Assembly (NCBI GenBank): GCA_034171505.1
Contig: JAXFGC010000024.1
Span: 7,114 to 71,113 of the forward strand
Direction of reading: 5' to 3'
DNA from: Candidatus Enteromonas sp.
GTDB taxonomy: Bacteria > Bacillota_I > Bacilli_A > RFN20 > CAG-826
DNA length: 64,000 nt
Shown: positions 35,371 to 44,752 of the stretch, piece by piece
How the letters are laid out: every line of letters begins with the position of its first letter
How positions within the stretch are numbered: position 1 is the stretch's first letter
The notes under the pieces: model-generated
The model's database searches: none
What the model saw: the letters and a program-made list of their open reading frames with translations, nothing else
What the model was told of the DNA's origin: nothing
Program-made: the position numbers and the translations under genes

Positions 35371-36399
35371 ATGGCAAATAACGAAGAAACCACTAACAAA
35401 GACAAAGCGCTGGAAGACGCGCTCAAAAGCATCCAAAAAACGTTTGGCAAAGGCGCGGTCATGCGCTTAGGCGAACGCCAACGTGTCGATGTGGACGTGA
35501 TCCCCAGTGGCTCCATCCTCGTCGACCACGCCCTCGGAGTCGGAGGATATCCCCGTGGACGTATCATTGAAATCTACGGTCCCGAATCCTCGGGCAAAAC
35601 GACCTTGGCCCTCGAAGCCATCGCCCAAGCCCAAAAGAAGGGGGGACGCGCCGCGTTTGTCGACGCGGAGCACGCGATTGACCCCGACTATGCGGAAAAG
35701 CTCGGCGTGGATATCGATAACCTTATTCTTTCCCAACCGGATTCCGGCGAACAAGCCCTGGAAATCGTGGAAATGCTCGCGAGCTCGGGCGCTTTGGACA
35801 TCATCGTCGTCGACTCGGTCGCGGCCCTTGTTCCCCAAGCCGAACTTGACGGGGTAATGTCGGACAACCAAGTTGGTCTCCAAGCCCGTTTGATGTCCAA
35901 AGGCATGCGCAAAATCGCCGGCATCCTCAACCGCACGGGAACTGTCGTCATCTTCATCAACCAACTCCGTGAAAAAGTCGGCGTGGTGTATGGCAATCCC
36001 GAAACCACGACCGGGGGACGCGCTTTAAAGTTCTATGCGACCATCCGCATTGACATCCGCAAAGCGGAAGCGATTAAAATGGGTACCGAAATCATCGGTA
36101 ACTCCGTCAAAGTCAAGGTCGTTAAAAACAAAGTTGCCCCGCCCTTTAAGAACTGCACCGTCGACATTATCTACGGCCAAGGCATCTCCCGATATGGCGA
36201 GATCCTCGACCTTGGGCTCGAACTCGGATTCGTTGAGAAGAGTGGCAACTGGTATTCCATCGATGGCAGCAAGATCGGCAATGGACGCGAAGCGGCCAAA
36301 GGCTACTTTGAAGACCATCCCGAACTCGCCGATGATTTGGAAGCCAAGATTCGCGCTTCTTTCTCCGGAGATGGGGTTCTTCCCGAATCGGCCGAATAA
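35371..36399 (+). CDS. recA: recombinase RecA
   Basis: [12 protein letters not shown] Walker [10 protein letters not shown], full-length RecA sequence. Confidence 0.97.
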   Translation: MANNEETTNKDKALEDALKSIQKTFGKGAVMRLGERQRVDVDVIPSGSILVDHALGVGGYPRGRIIEIYGPESSGKTTLALEAIAQAQKKGGRAAFVDAEHAIDPDYAEKLGVDIDNLILSQPDSGEQALEIVEMLASSGALDIIVVDSVAALVPQAELDGVMSDNQVGLQARLMSKGMRKIAGILNRTGTVVIFINQLREKVGVVYGNPETTTGGRALKFYATIRIDIRKAEAIKMGTEIIGNSVKVKVVKNKVAPPFKNCTVDIIYGQGISRYGEILDLGLELGFVEKSGNWYSIDGSKIGNGREAAKGYFEDHPELADDLEAKIRASFSGDGVLPESAE

Positions 36400-36405
36400 G
36401 GTTTT

Positions 36406-36429
36406 AGGGGCAGCTATGCCCTTTTTTTA
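36406..36429 (+). terminator. weak terminator/attenuator after recA
   Basis: AGGGGCA-GCTA-TGCCCT stem plus T7. The pfk SD follows immediately, so read-through is likely. Confidence 0.35.
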
Positions 36430-36439
36430 AGGAGGTAGT

Positions 36440-37609
36440 ATGGGTTCTTTACTCTATTTTCAATCCGGTGGTCCGACATCGGTCATCAATTCTTCCTTAA
36501 ATGGCGTCATCCGCCGCTGCAAGGATCGGGGGATTCGCGTTTATGGGGCGATTCGTGGCCTCGAAGGCCTCATTTCCCATAACGTCATTGAGCTGACTTC
36601 CCTTCCCTATAACCGACTTTGTTTGCTTCGCCAGACCCCCGGCATGGCCTTGGGGACTTCGCGAAAGAGAATCACCCCGGACTTTCCCTATTGGAGAGAG
36701 GTGGAGCAAACCTTAATCGACCTCGACGTCGACTATTTGCTCGTGAACGGGGGCAACGATTCCATGGATACCGCCCTACGCATCCACGAACATTTCGATT
36801 CTTGGGGACTAAAGGTCGTCGGGATACCCAAAACCATCGATAACGACCTTTATGGCACGGACTTTGCCCCGGGATATCCAAGCGCTTGCCGTTACGTCAT
36901 GAACTCGGTCGCCGCGATGGTACTCGATGGTCGCTGTTATTCCAAAGGTAAGGTCAACATCATCGAAATCCAAGGAAGGGAGGCCGGGTGGCTTGCCGCT
37001 TCCGCTTCCCTAATCAAAGGTGGGGCCGCACCGGATTTGGTGCTTCTCCCCGAAATGGAATTCGACATTGAAGACGTCCTTCTTCGCATCAAGGGAATCT
37101 ACGACAAGAAAGGTTATGCCTTTATCGCCGTCGGCGAAGGGATTGAAATTCCTTCTTCCTCCTTTGCGACGCCCGATGAATTTGGCCACTTGGTCAACGA
37201 AGGGGTCTGCTTTGCCCTTGGAACCTTGGTGAACGAGCGTTTCCATTTGCCGATTCGAGCCACCGCTTTGGGGACGCAGTGCCGTGGCAATCCCTATACG
37301 ATTTCCAAGGTCGATAGCGATGAAGCCCAGTGGTTGGGGGAAGCGGCAGTCGATGAAGCACTTCGGGGCGTGAGCGGCGTCATGGTCGGTCTTCGCCGGT
37401 CGAACGAAAAACAACTCCACTTCGCGTTAGAGACCACCCCGTTACGTCAAGCCGCAAACTACGAACGTCTCTTCCCAAAAGAATGGATCGATGGTCTTTC
37501 CATCCGCAAGGAATTCGCGAGTTATCTCTTGCCTTTGCTTAGGGGCGACATCGATGTGAAGACGGACAAAGACGGCCTTTTCCTCTTCACCGAATTGCTT
37601 TCCAAATAG
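36440..37609 (+). CDS. pfp: 6-phosphofructokinase, predicted pyrophosphate-dependent type
   Basis: FQSGGPTSVIN, NGGNDSMD, IPKTIDNDL. Asp and Lys occupy the positions equivalent to E. coli PfkA Gly104 and Gly124. Confidence 0.8.
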   Translation: MGSLLYFQSGGPTSVINSSLNGVIRRCKDRGIRVYGAIRGLEGLISHNVIELTSLPYNRLCLLRQTPGMALGTSRKRITPDFPYWREVEQTLIDLDVDYLLVNGGNDSMDTALRIHEHFDSWGLKVVGIPKTIDNDLYGTDFAPGYPSACRYVMNSVAAMVLDGRCYSKGKVNIIEIQGREAGWLAASASLIKGGAAPDLVLLPEMEFDIEDVLLRIKGIYDKKGYAFIAVGEGIEIPSSSFATPDEFGHLVNEGVCFALGTLVNERFHLPIRATALGTQCRGNPYTISKVDSDEAQWLGEAAVDEALRGVSGVMVGLRRSNEKQLHFALETTPLRQAANYERLFPKEWIDGLSIRKEFASYLLPLLRGDIDVKTDKDGLFLFTELLSK

Positions 37610-37734
37610 TTTTTCATTGACGAATTTGGCAAATCGAAAAAATCTTTTTGGGCGAATTCGAATAGACGTCCCCCTTATTTCGCCTTCTATAGCCAAATGG
37701 AGAGAAATTTCGCCTATCCCCGAAGAGCAAACCT

Positions 37735-37743
37735 TGGTAAAAT
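37735..37743 (+). promoter_or_regulatory. extended -10 promoter element (TGgTAAAAT) giving a roughly 155-nt rny leader
   Basis: TGGTAAAAT at 37735-37743. No good -35 was seen. Confidence 0.35.
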
Positions 37744-37906
37744 GAATTGCACTCTAAGAGTGTTGCTTCTCCGAATACCATATTCGATTGATATTTATTG
37801 GGATTCCTCCCTATAGTCTACCAACGTGTTTCATGGAATTATTTCCCAAGTTTTCGGGGGAGTATGCGGCTTTTAGTGCACCTCAACTTGTTAAGGAGTT
37901 ATTCAT

Positions 37907-39472
37907 ATGATTGAAATTGGAGTAGCCATCGCCATCGCGGTAGCCACGGCTGTCGTGGGTGGAATCCTCACTTTCCTCGTCCTCTTTCTTATCGACAAAA
38001 AGAAGAATATTTCTGCTTTACACAAAGCGGATGGCATCATCAGCGAAGCCAACGCCAAGGCAAATCGCATTGTCCGTGACGCGCAAATTGACGCCAAGCA
38101 ACACATGCTCGAAGCCAAACAACAAGTCGATGCGGAATACCGTCAACGCAAGCAAGAGCTCGCCGCGGAGCAATCCAAACTCGACGCTCGCCAAGCTTCC
38201 TTCGATGAACGCGAAACTCAGCTTCTTCGCCGCACCGAATCCCTCGAAGCCAAAAGCGCTTCCTTGGATGCCCAAATCGAATCCAACAAAAAGAAACGCG
38301 CCGAACTTGATCGCCGCATCGATGATTTGATCAAGGAACTTGAAAAAGTTTCCGCGATGACCATGGAACAGGCCCGCGCCGAGATTCTTTCTCGCGTCGA
38401 AGCCAAGATGTCCTTGGAAGTCTCCGCTTACATCAAAGCCAAAGAAGACGAGGCCCGCGACACCGCGAAGGCCCGCGCCACCGACCTCTTGGTCCAGGCC
38501 TGCCAACGTTACGCCTCGGACGTCGTGAGCGAACGCACCGTCTCCGTCGTCGCCCTTCCGACGGATGAGATGAAGGGCCGCATCATCGGACGCGAAGGCC
38601 GTAACATCCGCGTCCTCGAACAGCAACTCGGCGTCGATCTCGTCATTGACGACACCCCGGAAGCCATCACGGTTTCTTGCTTCGACCCGATCCGCCGCGA
38701 AATCGCCCGCAAATCCTTGGAGATTCTCGTTAAGGACGGCCGCATTCAACCCGGACGCATCGAAGAAGTCGTCGCCAAAGTCAAAAAGGAAGTCGACGAT
38801 TCTTGCTACAAATACGGACAAGACGCCTGCTTCAAACTTGGCTTGCCCCGTATGTCCCGCGACCTTCTTTACTACGTTGGTCGCCTCCACTTCCGTTCTT
38901 CCTATGGCCAAAATGCCTTGAAGCACTCCATGGAAGTCGCTTATCTTGCCGGCCTCATGGCGGGAGAACTCGGACTCGACGTCAACCTCGCCCGCCGCGC
39001 GGGCTTGCTCCATGACATTGGCAAAGCGGTCGACTTCGAACAAGAAGGCACCCACGTTCAACTCGGTTACGACATCGCCCGTCGTGCCGGGGAAAACGAT
39101 GTGGTCCTCAACGCGATTCAATCTCACCACGGCGATGTCGAAGCCCGTTACGTCATCTCCTATCTCGTCGCGGCTGCGGACACCCTCTCCGCCGCTCGCC
39201 CGGGCGCTCGCAGCGAAACCCTCGAAACCTACGTCAAACGCATCGAACAACTCGAGACCATCGCCAAGAGCTATGACGGGGTCTACCAAGCCTTCGCGAT
39301 GCAATCGGGTCGCGAAGTCCGCGTCATGGTCATCCCCGATAAGGTCTCCGATGCCGAAGCGGTCAAGATGGCCCAAGACATCCGTGCCAAGATTGAAAGC
39401 ACCGTCACTTATCCTGGCCAAATCCGCGTCTCGGTCATCCGAGAATACCGCGCGATCGAAACCGCGAAATAA
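37907..39472 (+). CDS. rny: ribonuclease Y
   Basis: N-terminal TM helix, long coiled coil, KH domain (GRIIGREGRNIR), HD domain (HSMEVA..LLHDIGK). Confidence 0.95.
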   Translation: MIEIGVAIAIAVATAVVGGILTFLVLFLIDKKKNISALHKADGIISEANAKANRIVRDAQIDAKQHMLEAKQQVDAEYRQRKQELAAEQSKLDARQASFDERETQLLRRTESLEAKSASLDAQIESNKKKRAELDRRIDDLIKELEKVSAMTMEQARAEILSRVEAKMSLEVSAYIKAKEDEARDTAKARATDLLVQACQRYASDVVSERTVSVVALPTDEMKGRIIGREGRNIRVLEQQLGVDLVIDDTPEAITVSCFDPIRREIARKSLEILVKDGRIQPGRIEEVVAKVKKEVDDSCYKYGQDACFKLGLPRMSRDLLYYVGRLHFRSSYGQNALKHSMEVAYLAGLMAGELGLDVNLARRAGLLHDIGKAVDFEQEGTHVQLGYDIARRAGENDVVLNAIQSHHGDVEARYVISYLVAAADTLSAARPGARSETLETYVKRIEQLETIAKSYDGVYQAFAMQSGREVRVMVIPDKVSDAEAVKMAQDIRAKIESTVTYPGQIRVSVIREYRAIETAK

Positions 39473-39475
39473 CCT

Positions 39476-40282
39476 ATGCTGCGAATCCTCTTTTTCGGCG
39501 ACGTCGTTGGGGAAATCGGAATGCACGCCCTCGAAAGGGAATTGCCGCGTTTACGGAAATCCCTTTCCGCCGACTTCATCATCGTCAATGGCGAAAACGT
39601 CTGCAAAGGAAAGGGGTTAACGTTCAAGGAATATCGCGCTTTGGTGGACGCGGGGGCGGATTGCATCACCCTTGGCAACCATTACCATGGTCGCGATCAA
39701 ATCGATGATTATATTCAAAAGGCCGGACATTTGATTCGGCCTTTGAATCTTTCTACCTATTATCGGGGAGAGGGAAGCGCCACCTTCGAGGTTGACGGAT
39801 ACGACGTCACGGTGACCAATCTCCTCGGCAGGGCCTTCATGAAAGAAGAAGTGGAGGATCCGATTTCTTGTTTCGACGAGATTTTGGAGGATTCCTCCCA
39901 TATCCATATTGTGGACTACCATGCCGAATCCACCTCCGAAAAAGCCATCTTCGCGGAAGTTTTCCGTGGGAGGGTTAGCGCCGTCATCGGCACCCACACC
40001 CACGTTCAAACCGCGGATGAGAGTATCCGCGGAGGCACGGGATTCTTAAGCGATGTCGGATTCTGCGGCATAAAAGACGGCATCATTGGGTACGATCCCC
40101 AAAGCGTCGTTTCTTCCTTGGTCTACCATTCGGGCGAACGTTTCTCAATTCCCGAGGAAGGCCCGAGCGAAATCGATTTCGCCATCATTGATATCGACCC
40201 CGACACGGGGGAATGCAAATTGCTCGAAGCGGTTCGTCTGCTCGAGGGAAAGGAGTATGTCCATGTCTCGCACCATCTATAA
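39476..40282 (+). CDS. ymdB: YmdB-family metallophosphoesterase (2',3'-cyclic-nucleotide 2'-phosphodiesterase)
   Basis: MLRILFFGDVVGEIG, VNGEN, GNH, DYHAE, GTHTHVQTAD motifs. Confidence 0.9.
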   Translation: MLRILFFGDVVGEIGMHALERELPRLRKSLSADFIIVNGENVCKGKGLTFKEYRALVDAGADCITLGNHYHGRDQIDDYIQKAGHLIRPLNLSTYYRGEGSATFEVDGYDVTVTNLLGRAFMKEEVEDPISCFDEILEDSSHIHIVDYHAESTSEKAIFAEVFRGRVSAVIGTHTHVQTADESIRGGTGFLSDVGFCGIKDGIIGYDPQSVVSSLVYHSGERFSIPEEGPSEIDFAIIDIDPDTGECKLLEAVRLLEGKEYVHVSHHL

Positions 40283-42011
40283 ATCTTTGCCGGATCTCTC
40301 CCAAGCGAGAAATCGCACCGTTGCTCCGACCACGATTCGGAAACCCATCGTCGTCCCTCCTTCGGTCGCCGAGTATGGAAAGGGGCGGAAATACCTCATT
40401 AAGACTTTTGGCTGCCAAGGCAACGTCCGCGATGAGGAAATCCTCGCGGGATACCTCGAAGCGGCGGGAATGACCCGAACGTATGAGGAAAAAGAAGCGG
40501 GGTTGGTACTCATTAACACCTGTGCCGTCCGCGAAAATGCCGAAGAGAAAGTCTATGGCGAAATCGGCAAATTCAAGGTCAACCACAAGAAAGACCCAAC
40601 CTTTGTCCTCGGCATCTGCGGATGCATGATGCAAGAAGAAGGCGTCGCCAAAAAGATCAAAGCGTCGTATCCCTACGTCAATTTGATTTTCGGGACCCAT
40701 AACATCCCCGAAATCCTGAATTTGCTTGGGGAGCACCTCGAACGGAAAAAAGACCTCGTGAACGTTATCTCCTACCCGGGGGATATCGTGGAGAATTTGC
40801 CTTCCACGCGCCTAGACAATTACAAGGCGTTCGTCAATATCACCTATGGGTGCGATAAATTCTGCACCTATTGCATCGTTCCCTATACCCGCGGCAGAGA
40901 AAGAACCCGCGCGAAGGAAGACATTCTCAAAGAATGCAAAGAACTCGTGGATCAGGGTTATCAAGAAATCACCCTTCTTGGCCAGAACGTCAATAGCTAC
41001 GGCAAGGACTTTAAGGACGGCACCTCCTTTGCAACCATCCTCCAAGAAGTCGCCGAACTCGGCATCCCCCGCCTTCGTTTCATGACTTCCCATCCCTGGG
41101 ATTTCACGGATGAAATGATCGATGCCATTGCCAAATACCCGAACATCATGCCTTGCATCCACCTTCCCGTCCAAAGTGGTTCGACCTCCATGCTTCGCAT
41201 CATGGGGCGGCGTTACACCCGGGAACATTATTTGGAACTCGTCAAAAAGATCCGTGAAAAGATCCCAGAATGCGCGATTACGACGGACATTATCGTCGGC
41301 TTTCCCAATGAAACCGAGGAGCAATTCGAGGATACCTTGACCCTCTGCGAAGAAGTCAAATACGACGCGGCCTTTACATTTATCTATTCTCCCCGAAAAG
41401 GGACCCCCGCGGCTAAAATGGAAGACAACGTAGACGATGCGACCAAGCACGAACGTTTCGATCGCTTGCTCAAGGTCGTCGAAGAAGGCGTCATGTCCCA
41501 TAGTCGTGAGATGGTGGGAAAGGTCTATAAGGTTCTCGTCGATGGACCATCGAAAAAAGACGAAACCATGCTTTCGGGCTATACCGAGACCAACAAACTC
41601 GTCCATTTTGAAGGACCCGCTTATTTAAAAGGATGCATCGTCGAGGTCAAAATCACCGAGGACCACGCTTTCTCCATGAAGGGAGAACTTTTGGAGGATC
41701 CCGTGGTTTGTTTGGCCAAACGGTTAAGCACTTCTTTGCAAAACGAAACGGTCGCTAAAGAGTACTTGAAAGCGAAGGAAGCCTTTGAAGAATCTCCGAC
41801 CTTGATTGCTCTTCGCGCGTCCATTCAAGACGCCCAAAAGAAGATGATGAACCGGGCCGCCGAAAAGGATGATTCGGGCTTTCAAGAAGCCAAAAAAGCA
41901 TACATGTCCCTTATGAATTCCTATTTTGAGGACCCGGTGGTGAAGAACTATCTCGCCCTTCAAGACGAGATGGAATCCCTTTTGAATCAAGTGGAGGACG
42001 TTCTTTCGTGA
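40257..42011 (+). CDS. miaB: tRNA-2-methylthio-N6-dimethylallyladenosine synthase MiaB with a C-terminal YlbF/YmcA-like extension of about 105 aa
   Basis: UPF0004 domain (KTFGCQGN), radical-SAM CDKFCTYC, TRAM domain (..VEVKITE..), then an extra helical domain. Start is ATG 40257 or 40263 (AAGGAG SD). Overlaps the ymdB end. Confidence 0.9.
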   Translation: MSMSRTIYKSLPDLSQARNRTVAPTTIRKPIVVPPSVAEYGKGRKYLIKTFGCQGNVRDEEILAGYLEAAGMTRTYEEKEAGLVLINTCAVRENAEEKVYGEIGKFKVNHKKDPTFVLGICGCMMQEEGVAKKIKASYPYVNLIFGTHNIPEILNLLGEHLERKKDLVNVISYPGDIVENLPSTRLDNYKAFVNITYGCDKFCTYCIVPYTRGRERTRAKEDILKECKELVDQGYQEITLLGQNVNSYGKDFKDGTSFATILQEVAELGIPRLRFMTSHPWDFTDEMIDAIAKYPNIMPCIHLPVQSGSTSMLRIMGRRYTREHYLELVKKIREKIPECAITTDIIVGFPNETEEQFEDTLTLCEEVKYDAAFTFIYSPRKGTPAAKMEDNVDDATKHERFDRLLKVVEEGVMSHSREMVGKVYKVLVDGPSKKDETMLSGYTETNKLVHFEGPAYLKGCIVEVKITEDHAFSMKGELLEDPVVCLAKRLSTSLQNETVAKEYLKAKEAFEESPTLIALRASIQDAQKKMMNRAAEKDDSGFQEAKKAYMSLMNSYFEDPVVKNYLALQDEMESLLNQVEDVLS

Positions 42012-42871
42012 TTTTGGTTTTGACCGGGGCAACGGGCACGGGAAAGAGCAAAATCGCCGCTTCCCTTGCCAAGAAAATCAACGGGGTTGTCATTAACGCC
42101 GACGCTTTTCAGGTGTATCGCGAACTCCATATCGCCACGGCTATGCCTTCGGAAGAAGTCCGCTTAAGCGTTCCACATTATCTTTTCGATTTCGTTCCTT
42201 TGGATTCCGCTTATTCGGTCTATGAATACCAGGAAGACCTTCGCGCGTTAATCGCGGAGTTGACCCTCCAAGGGAAGAACATCATCATCGCGGGAGGAAC
42301 CGGCCTATATATTCGCGCGGGACTTTACGATTATGAGTTCCCCGAGGAAGCGTTGGTGGACCTTTCCTCCTATCAAAGCCTCACGAACGAGGAACTCCAT
42401 GCCAAACTCATGGAGATGGACGGAGAAGCCGCGAAGGCGATCCATCCGAATAACCGTCAACGGGTTCTTCGCACCATCGCGATGATTCTTGGAACCGGAA
42501 AAACCAAAACCGAGATCCTATCTTCTCAAAAACACCTTCCTTTATACGACGCCAAATTCTTTGTTCTTGAAAGCGACCGCGCCCCGTTATACGAACGGGT
42601 GAATGCCCGAGTCGATGAGATGTTCGAGGCGGGGCTCGTCGAAGAAAACCGTCGTTTGGTGGAAAAATACGGGAGAACGCCCCGCGCTTTTCGCGCGATT
42701 GGGGTTAAGGAACTCTTCCCTTATTTTGACGGAATCAAGTCTTTGGAAGAGTGTAAAGAAGAAATCAAGAAGAACACCCGTAACTACATCAAACGCCAAG
42801 AAACCTTCTTCCGTCACCAGTTCACTTTGATACCGGTAAAAAGCGAAGAAGACATTTTGGCGAATATTTGA
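42008..42871 (+). CDS. miaA: tRNA dimethylallyltransferase
   Basis: LTGATGTGKS P-loop, INADAFQVYREL. GTGA overlap with miaB. Confidence 0.9.
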   Translation: MILVLTGATGTGKSKIAASLAKKINGVVINADAFQVYRELHIATAMPSEEVRLSVPHYLFDFVPLDSAYSVYEYQEDLRALIAELTLQGKNIIIAGGTGLYIRAGLYDYEFPEEALVDLSSYQSLTNEELHAKLMEMDGEAAKAIHPNNRQRVLRTIAMILGTGKTKTEILSSQKHLPLYDAKFFVLESDRAPLYERVNARVDEMFEAGLVEENRRLVEKYGRTPRAFRAIGVKELFPYFDGIKSLEECKEEIKKNTRNYIKRQETFFRHQFTLIPVKSEEDILANI

Positions 42872-42915
42872 TGCTTTATTTTTCGAAAGGCTTAAACTTT
42901 TCTTTGGAGGATTCT

Positions 42916-44532
42916 ATGGAACTCAAACGTATCACCGAAATCGCCCAAATCGCCGGTATCCCGGAAGAAGCTTTGGAACCCTATGGGAAATACAAAGCCA
43001 AAATCTCTTCTTCCTTTATCCGTTCCCTTGAAGGAGCACCTCAGGGAAAGCTCGTTTTGGTTTCCGCGATCACCCCAACCAAAGCGGGGGAAGGGAAAAC
43101 CACGACTTCGATCGCCCTTGCGGAAGGGTTTGGCAAAATCGGGCAAAAAGCCATGCTTTGCCTACGCGAACCGAGCCTTGGTCCCGTCTTTGGCATCAAG
43201 GGCGGAGCAACCGGAGGAGGCAAGGCTTCCGTCGCGCCTTCGGAAGACATCAACCTTCATTTCACGGGGGACATGCATGCGTTAACGAGTTCCATCAACC
43301 TCATTTCCGCGATCATCGATAACGAACTCTGGCAAGGAAACGAACTCGGAATCGATCCGAACCGCATCGTTTGGAAACGCGCGATGGACATGAATGACCG
43401 CGCGCTTCGCGAAGTCGCTTTACACGGGAACGATTCGCGTCATGCTTCCCGCGACGATTCTTTCCTCATCACGGTCGCAAGTGAACTCATGGCGATTTTT
43501 TGCCTCGCCAAAGACGAAGAGGATTTCTTAGCCCGCGTCCAAAGCATCATCGTCGCCTACACCTATGAAGGAAAGCCCGTCACGGTTAAGGACCTTCGCA
43601 TTTCCCACGCGATTATGAAGCTCATGCGCCAAGCTTTGATGCCAAACCTCGTTCAAACCGTAGAAGGGAATCCTTGCATTATCCATGGGGGACCTTTTGC
43701 CAACATCGCCCATGGCTGCAATTCGATCATCGCGACTTCGACCGCGTTACGCTTAGCCCCCATCACCGTCACAGAAGCCGGCTTCGGAGCCGATCTCGGC
43801 GCTGAAAAATTCCTCGACATCAAATGCGTCGCGGGAGGGTTTACCCCAAGCGCCGTCGTCATGGTCGCGACCATCCGCGCCCTAAAAATGCACGGGGGAC
43901 AAGAATTCGATGACCTGAAAACCCCGAACGTCGATGCTTTGGCAAAGGGTGTCTGCAACCTCGAAACCCATATGGAAAACATCGCTTCCTTTGGAGTTCC
44001 CGCGATCGTCGCCATCAACCATTTCGCTTCCGATTCCCCTGAAGAAATCGCCTTCCTCGAGCGGTGGTGTGAGAAGAAGGGTTATCGTTATTCCTTCCTT
44101 GATGGATTTGAAAAAGGAGGGGAGGGTGCCATCGATTTGGCGGTGAAAGTCCAAGCGTTGCTCCAAGAAGAAGAGACCCATTATCATCCTATTTATGATT
44201 TGAAATCCCCCATCAAAACCAAGATTGAGACCATCTGCAAGACCATCTATCGGGCGGGTAAGGTCGAATACGAACCCAAGGCCTTGGAACAAATCGCAAG
44301 TTACGAAAAGATGGGGTTTGGGGATGCCTTCATCTGCATGGCGAAAACGCCCCAATCCTTCACCGATGATCCGAAGGTTTTGGGTGCCCCGAGTGGCCAT
44401 ACTATCCATATCCGCGAAGTGAATCTTTCCGCCGGGGCGAGGTTCGTCATCCCCTTAACGGGGGAAATCATGACTATGCCAGGCCTCCCAAAAGTCCCCG
44501 CCGCGAAAAAGATGGAGGATCAGCCATGGTAA
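42916..44532 (+). CDS. fhs: formate--tetrahydrofolate ligase
   Basis: YGKYKAKI, TPTKAGEGKTTT, EPSLGPVFGIKGGA. GGAGGA SD before ATG 42916 (M17 of the listed ORF). Confidence 0.95.
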   Translation: MELKRITEIAQIAGIPEEALEPYGKYKAKISSSFIRSLEGAPQGKLVLVSAITPTKAGEGKTTTSIALAEGFGKIGQKAMLCLREPSLGPVFGIKGGATGGGKASVAPSEDINLHFTGDMHALTSSINLISAIIDNELWQGNELGIDPNRIVWKRAMDMNDRALREVALHGNDSRHASRDDSFLITVASELMAIFCLAKDEEDFLARVQSIIVAYTYEGKPVTVKDLRISHAIMKLMRQALMPNLVQTVEGNPCIIHGGPFANIAHGCNSIIATSTALRLAPITVTEAGFGADLGAEKFLDIKCVAGGFTPSAVVMVATIRALKMHGGQEFDDLKTPNVDALAKGVCNLETHMENIASFGVPAIVAINHFASDSPEEIAFLERWCEKKGYRYSFLDGFEKGGEGAIDLAVKVQALLQEEETHYHPIYDLKSPIKTKIETICKTIYRAGKVEYEPKALEQIASYEKMGFGDAFICMAKTPQSFTDDPKVLGAPSGHTIHIREVNLSAGARFVIPLTGEIMTMPGLPKVPAAKKMEDQPW

Positions 44533-44744
44533 GCGGATATTCGCTTTACGACGAAGTGGAGATGAAGAAACCCCATCCCTGCTCCGCGCGAAACAAACGC
44601 TTCCAAATTATTCGTTTGGGGGCGGACGTCAAAATTGTCTGCCTTGCCTGCGGAAACGTCATCATGATGGACCGCGATAAGTTCAATTCCCGCATCAAAA
44701 AAGTGATTGCTTCCCACGAAGGACCCATCGCCCCTCACCCTTAA
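44526..44744 (+). CDS. DUF951 (YyzM-like) small protein
   Basis: ..VEMKKPHPCS...F.I.R.GADVKI.C..CG..IM..R..F is the pattern of the DUF951 family. GGAGGA SD. Confidence 0.7.
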   Translation: MVSGYSLYDEVEMKKPHPCSARNKRFQIIRLGADVKIVCLACGNVIMMDRDKFNSRIKKVIASHEGPIAPHP

Positions 44745-44752
44745 TTGTTGCA

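Noticed and set aside
37747-37765. A CIRCE-like element (TTGCACTC...GAGTG) upstream of rny.
   Set aside because: CIRCE is TTAGCACTC-N9-GAGTGCTAA. Here the arms are separated by 3 nt at most and the outer TTA/TAA positions do not match. No chaperone gene is adjacent.
38018-39526. A 502-aa minus-strand ORF opposite rny. Similar long antisense ORFs occur at 5191..6114, 28564..29193, 40812..41606, 43882..44409, 52625..53263, 54150..54839, 58072..58734 and 62664..63245.
   Set aside because: Each is antisense to a gene with unambiguous family motifs (RNase Y, DegV, Der, MiaB, Fhs, ArgS, NrnA, PepF, GH13). They show the same G/V/D/E/F-rich shadow composition, with no SD and no recognisable domains.
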